DNA of 64,000 nt, from NCBI GenBank assembly GCA_038523235.1, contig JBCBJQ010000010.1, positions 1 to 64,000 on the forward strand, given 5' to 3'. Numbering within the stretch: the stretch's first letter is position 1; each line of letters starts with the position of its first letter. This stretch comes from Cyanobacteria bacterium J06626_4. GTDB taxonomy: Bacteria > Cyanobacteriota > Cyanobacteriia > Phormidesmidales > Phormidesmidaceae. This document shows, piece after piece, positions 61,290 through 64,000 of this stretch. The notes under the pieces are model-generated. The model had not been told where the DNA came from and made no database searches. It worked only from the letters and a program-made list of their open reading frames with translations. Made by a program: the position numbers and the translations under genes.

Positions 61290-61425
61290 TGAGTATGGCG
61301 GCAAGGAGCTTTTAGCGGCTTACCCAGACGTGGATTGGAAAGGAGCGAAAGGTACTCGCGATATTCTTAGCCACCATTACGATGATGTGGATGCAGAAGT
61401 GGTATTCGATATTTGCGAGGCAAAG
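61290..61425 (+). pseudogene. C-terminal fragment of a HepT/DUF86 (HEPN) toxin
   Basis: ELLAAYPDVDWKGAKGTRDILSHHYDDVDAEVVFDIC with RxxxxH; no start or N-terminal half. Confidence 0.7.
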
Positions 61426-61504
61426 GACGATCACGATCGCTCAATTGCTATTCTCTAAGGGAGGTCGCATTGAGAGTGACTCGGTTCTAACAAAAATTGC
61501 TGGT

Positions 61505-61762
61505 ATGACTCAACCCTTTTTGATGGGCGATCGCGTTCGCCTCAAGTCAGCTCCGCCCTATATCAAAACCGCTGACACCATGCCCATGCTGCGTCCTGGC
61601 GATTTAGTTGCCGTCGGCTCTGAAGGCGTGGTGACGGCTCAGAACCCTGGCGGTTCTTGGACGATCAAGTTCGACCAAGGCTCCTTCTTAGTCGATAGCG
61701 GCTATCTCGAAAAGGCCACGACTGAAACTGAGTCTGCCGAACCCCAGCCGTCAGCGGGATAA
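61505..61762 (+). CDS. sipA: SipA (DUF3148), NblS/Hik33-interacting protein
   Basis: GDRVRL...PPYIKTADTMPMLRP.DLV.VG.EG.V....PGG.W.I.F..GSFL.DS.YLE. Confidence 0.82.
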   Translation: MTQPFLMGDRVRLKSAPPYIKTADTMPMLRPGDLVAVGSEGVVTAQNPGGSWTIKFDQGSFLVDSGYLEKATTETESAEPQPSAG

Positions 61763-61902
61763 GTCAGCTCCATGTGAAACTGCCTGGGTCAATAGCAATG
61801 CCGTCTTAGCTGTCGAGAATCAGCTGGGCTGGTTCTTGATGGATTGAGCGATCTCGTCTCGGTTAAGGTTCAGGGCAACTGGAGCGAGTCTCAAGTTGCC
61901 GA

Positions 61903-62346
61903 CTACTCGGATTTACGACTAGCCTGCTCAACTTGCTCAATCTCACTCAAGAGCGTCTTTAAGGTGAGGTTCACACCACCATCGGCCCGGCGTTCCAAAT
62001 CCCATTGGCGAATCGTGTCCTTGAGATCGCCGTGCTCAAACAGGGCCATCAGCCGCGATTCGATCGCTTCATCAGCCTGATATTCCTCTAAAGAAGGGCC
62101 GACCACATCTTTCCACATGAGTCGAATCAGCGTTGACGGTTCCCCTTGATCCACACAATCGCAGAACCACTGCAAAATATCGAGTAGGCGTACCGTGGCT
62201 CGAATGCCGGGTGGAAACAGATAATCCATCCCCTGACGACATTGGCAGTAGAAATCGATAAACGCTTGAGAAACGGGATCAGGATGAACCGCTTTCAGGG
62301 CTTGTACCTGAACGATCAAAGCTTTGGTGGCGTCAGTAATATCCAT
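61903..62346 (-). CDS. Hypothetical protein
   Basis: 147 aa ATG ORF co-oriented downstream of malQ. Confidence 0.7.
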   Translation of the reverse strand: MDITDATKALIVQVQALKAVHPDPVSQAFIDFYCQCRQGMDYLFPPGIRATVRLLDILQWFCDCVDQGEPSTLIRLMWKDVVGPSLEEYQADEAIESRLMALFEHGDLKDTIRQWDLERRADGGVNLTLKTLLSEIEQVEQASRKSE

Positions 62347-62419
62347 CGGCTCAACGGCTCTTTAGATCGCAGCATGCCACGCCTCCTGACGGCGCATCTG
62401 TTCGCCAGAAGACATCAGT

Positions 62420-63943
62420 TTATTGCCAGTGGGGCGGCGTGCGACCATAGAGCCGAATTAACTCACGCAATCGTTCGCGCAGTTCACCGGTTAGCATCTC
62501 AGGGCGATACCGCCAGGCCCAGTTGCCGTCGGCTTTACCGGGCGAATTCATGCGGGCAAAGCTGCCTAAGCCCAGCACATCTTGCAGCGGCACGATCGCT
62601 TGATTGGCGATCGAACTCAACGCCAGGCGAATCATGCTCCAGTGAATGCCGTCACCGCTGAGACCACCGACATAACGTAGGGTGCGATCGCGCTCATATT
62701 CTGACGCCTGATCAAACCAACCCACCGTCGTGTCGTTGTCGTGAGTACCGGTGTAGATCAGGCAATTGCGCACGCAGTTAAAGGGTAGATAGGGGTTAGA
62801 GGCATTGTCCCCAAAGGCAAACTGTAGAATTTTCATGCCGGGAAAGCCAAACTGGTCGCGCAGCGCCTCGACCTCCGGTGTAATGACCCCGAGATCTTCG
62901 GCCAAGATCGGCAAACTGCCAAACTCCGCCTTTACTGCATTAAAAAAGGCTTCGCCCGGCGCTTCGATCCACTCGCCATTCAGCGCCGTCTTTTCGCCTT
63001 CGGGCACGGCCCAATAGGCCTGAAAGCCGCGAAAATGATCAATCCGGGTCAGATCGACATATTCCAACAGGGCCTTGATGCGCTGCAGCCACCAGCTGAA
63101 GCCCGTTTTTTGTAGGGTCTCCCAGTTATAGGTAGGGTTGCCCCACAGCTGCCCGGTTGCGCTGAAATAATCAGGGGGTACGCCCGCCATTTCGGAAGGC
63201 TCTAGCGTTTCCTCATCGATCATAAAATTCTCCGGAAACGCCCACACGTCGGCACTGTCGTGGGCGACATAAATCGGCATATCGCCCACCACCTGAATGT
63301 GGCGATCGTTGGCATACTGCTTGAGCGCTGCCCACTGGCGATAAAACTCAAACTGGAAATACTTGTGCTCAGCGATCAGACCTGAGAGCTTGTCATGCCA
63401 GAGCGCCATTGCCGGGGCTTCCCGCCGGGCCAAGGCCGGTTCCCACCGACTCCAGCTGGCCCCGCCGTTTGCCTTTTTTAACGCCATAAAGAAGGCATAG
63501 TCATCCAGCCAAAACGCTCGCTCTTGGCAAAACTGCTCATACTTTGTGCGCGTCTCTTTATCGGTGGACGCACTAAAGGCCTCAGCCGCTTTTTCTAACA
63601 GCTGCAGCTTGGCGGGCAAAACCCGGCCATAATCGACCGCATCTTCGGGAAAGTGGGGAAATGCCTCCAGATCGGCTTGAGTCAACAAGCCCACATCCTG
63701 CAGGTGCTCAAGACTGATGAGCATGTGGTTGCCCGCCATCGCGGAGTAAGACATGTAGGGAGAGTTGCCGTGACCCGTCGGGCCGATCGGCAAAATCTGC
63801 CACATCTGCTGACCCGTCTCAGCCAAAAAATCGACAAACTCGTAGGCCATCGGCCCGATATCGCCCATTCCAAAGGGGCCAGGCAACGAGGTGGGGTGCA
63901 GGAGAATACCACTAGCGCGCTGAAAAGGCATGGCCTCTCCCAT
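62420..63943 (-). CDS. malQ: 4-alpha-glucanotransferase (amylomaltase, GH77)
   Basis: RASGILLHPTSLPG, GDMPIYVA.DS.DVW, GVPPDYFS.TGQLWGNP, RIDHFRGF, AEDLG, YTGTHDNDT. Confidence 0.97.
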   Translation of the reverse strand: MGEAMPFQRASGILLHPTSLPGPFGMGDIGPMAYEFVDFLAETGQQMWQILPIGPTGHGNSPYMSYSAMAGNHMLISLEHLQDVGLLTQADLEAFPHFPEDAVDYGRVLPAKLQLLEKAAEAFSASTDKETRTKYEQFCQERAFWLDDYAFFMALKKANGGASWSRWEPALARREAPAMALWHDKLSGLIAEHKYFQFEFYRQWAALKQYANDRHIQVVGDMPIYVAHDSADVWAFPENFMIDEETLEPSEMAGVPPDYFSATGQLWGNPTYNWETLQKTGFSWWLQRIKALLEYVDLTRIDHFRGFQAYWAVPEGEKTALNGEWIEAPGEAFFNAVKAEFGSLPILAEDLGVITPEVEALRDQFGFPGMKILQFAFGDNASNPYLPFNCVRNCLIYTGTHDNDTTVGWFDQASEYERDRTLRYVGGLSGDGIHWSMIRLALSSIANQAIVPLQDVLGLGSFARMNSPGKADGNWAWRYRPEMLTGELRERLRELIRLYGRTPPHWQ

Positions 63944-64000
63944 AACATCCCATAGACTTTAACATGGGGATTCTATGGAATACGTGCACAAAAGAGAGAT

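Overview
Chromosomal segment of a cyanobacterium, probably a filamentous Leptolyngbya/Nodosilinea-like lineage. The evidence is the very frequent HIP1 octamer GCGATCGC plus Vipp1/PspA, SipA, Uma2 genes and a stand-alone ureC; the lineage assignment is inference. Core genes: murA, a TrmH-type methylase, mug, a dapL-like aminotransferase, rpsN, rpsD, ureC, argD, gltB/gltD, malQ, a GH15/phosphorylase-kinase-like gene and three tRNAs (Leu-CAA, Leu-CAG, Arg-CCG). Accessory modules: an HTH-NB-ARC-WD40 protein, a beta-barrel/2xFecR/CHASE2-cyclase cluster, a sulfotransferase-GNAT pair with two Gly-rich proteins, a low-GC HEPN-motif gene, two LepB-like proteins lacking the catalytic Lys, and CAP and CHAT proteins. 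Most striking: (1) a small, very basic ORF behind tRNA-Leu(CAA) whose intrinsic terminator lies inside its coding sequence. This would give a non-stop mRNA, the design used by the ribosome-rescue factors ArfA/BrfA. The upstream M48 protease also has its stop codon inside that tRNA. (2) Cassette-like arrays in which the 3' ends of gltD (36 bp, 3 copies, starting at a HIP1 core) and ureC (about 240 bp, 2 copies) are reiterated between cargo genes and toxin-antitoxin remnants, with no integrase in the window. All calls come from reading motifs by eye; no database searches were run.
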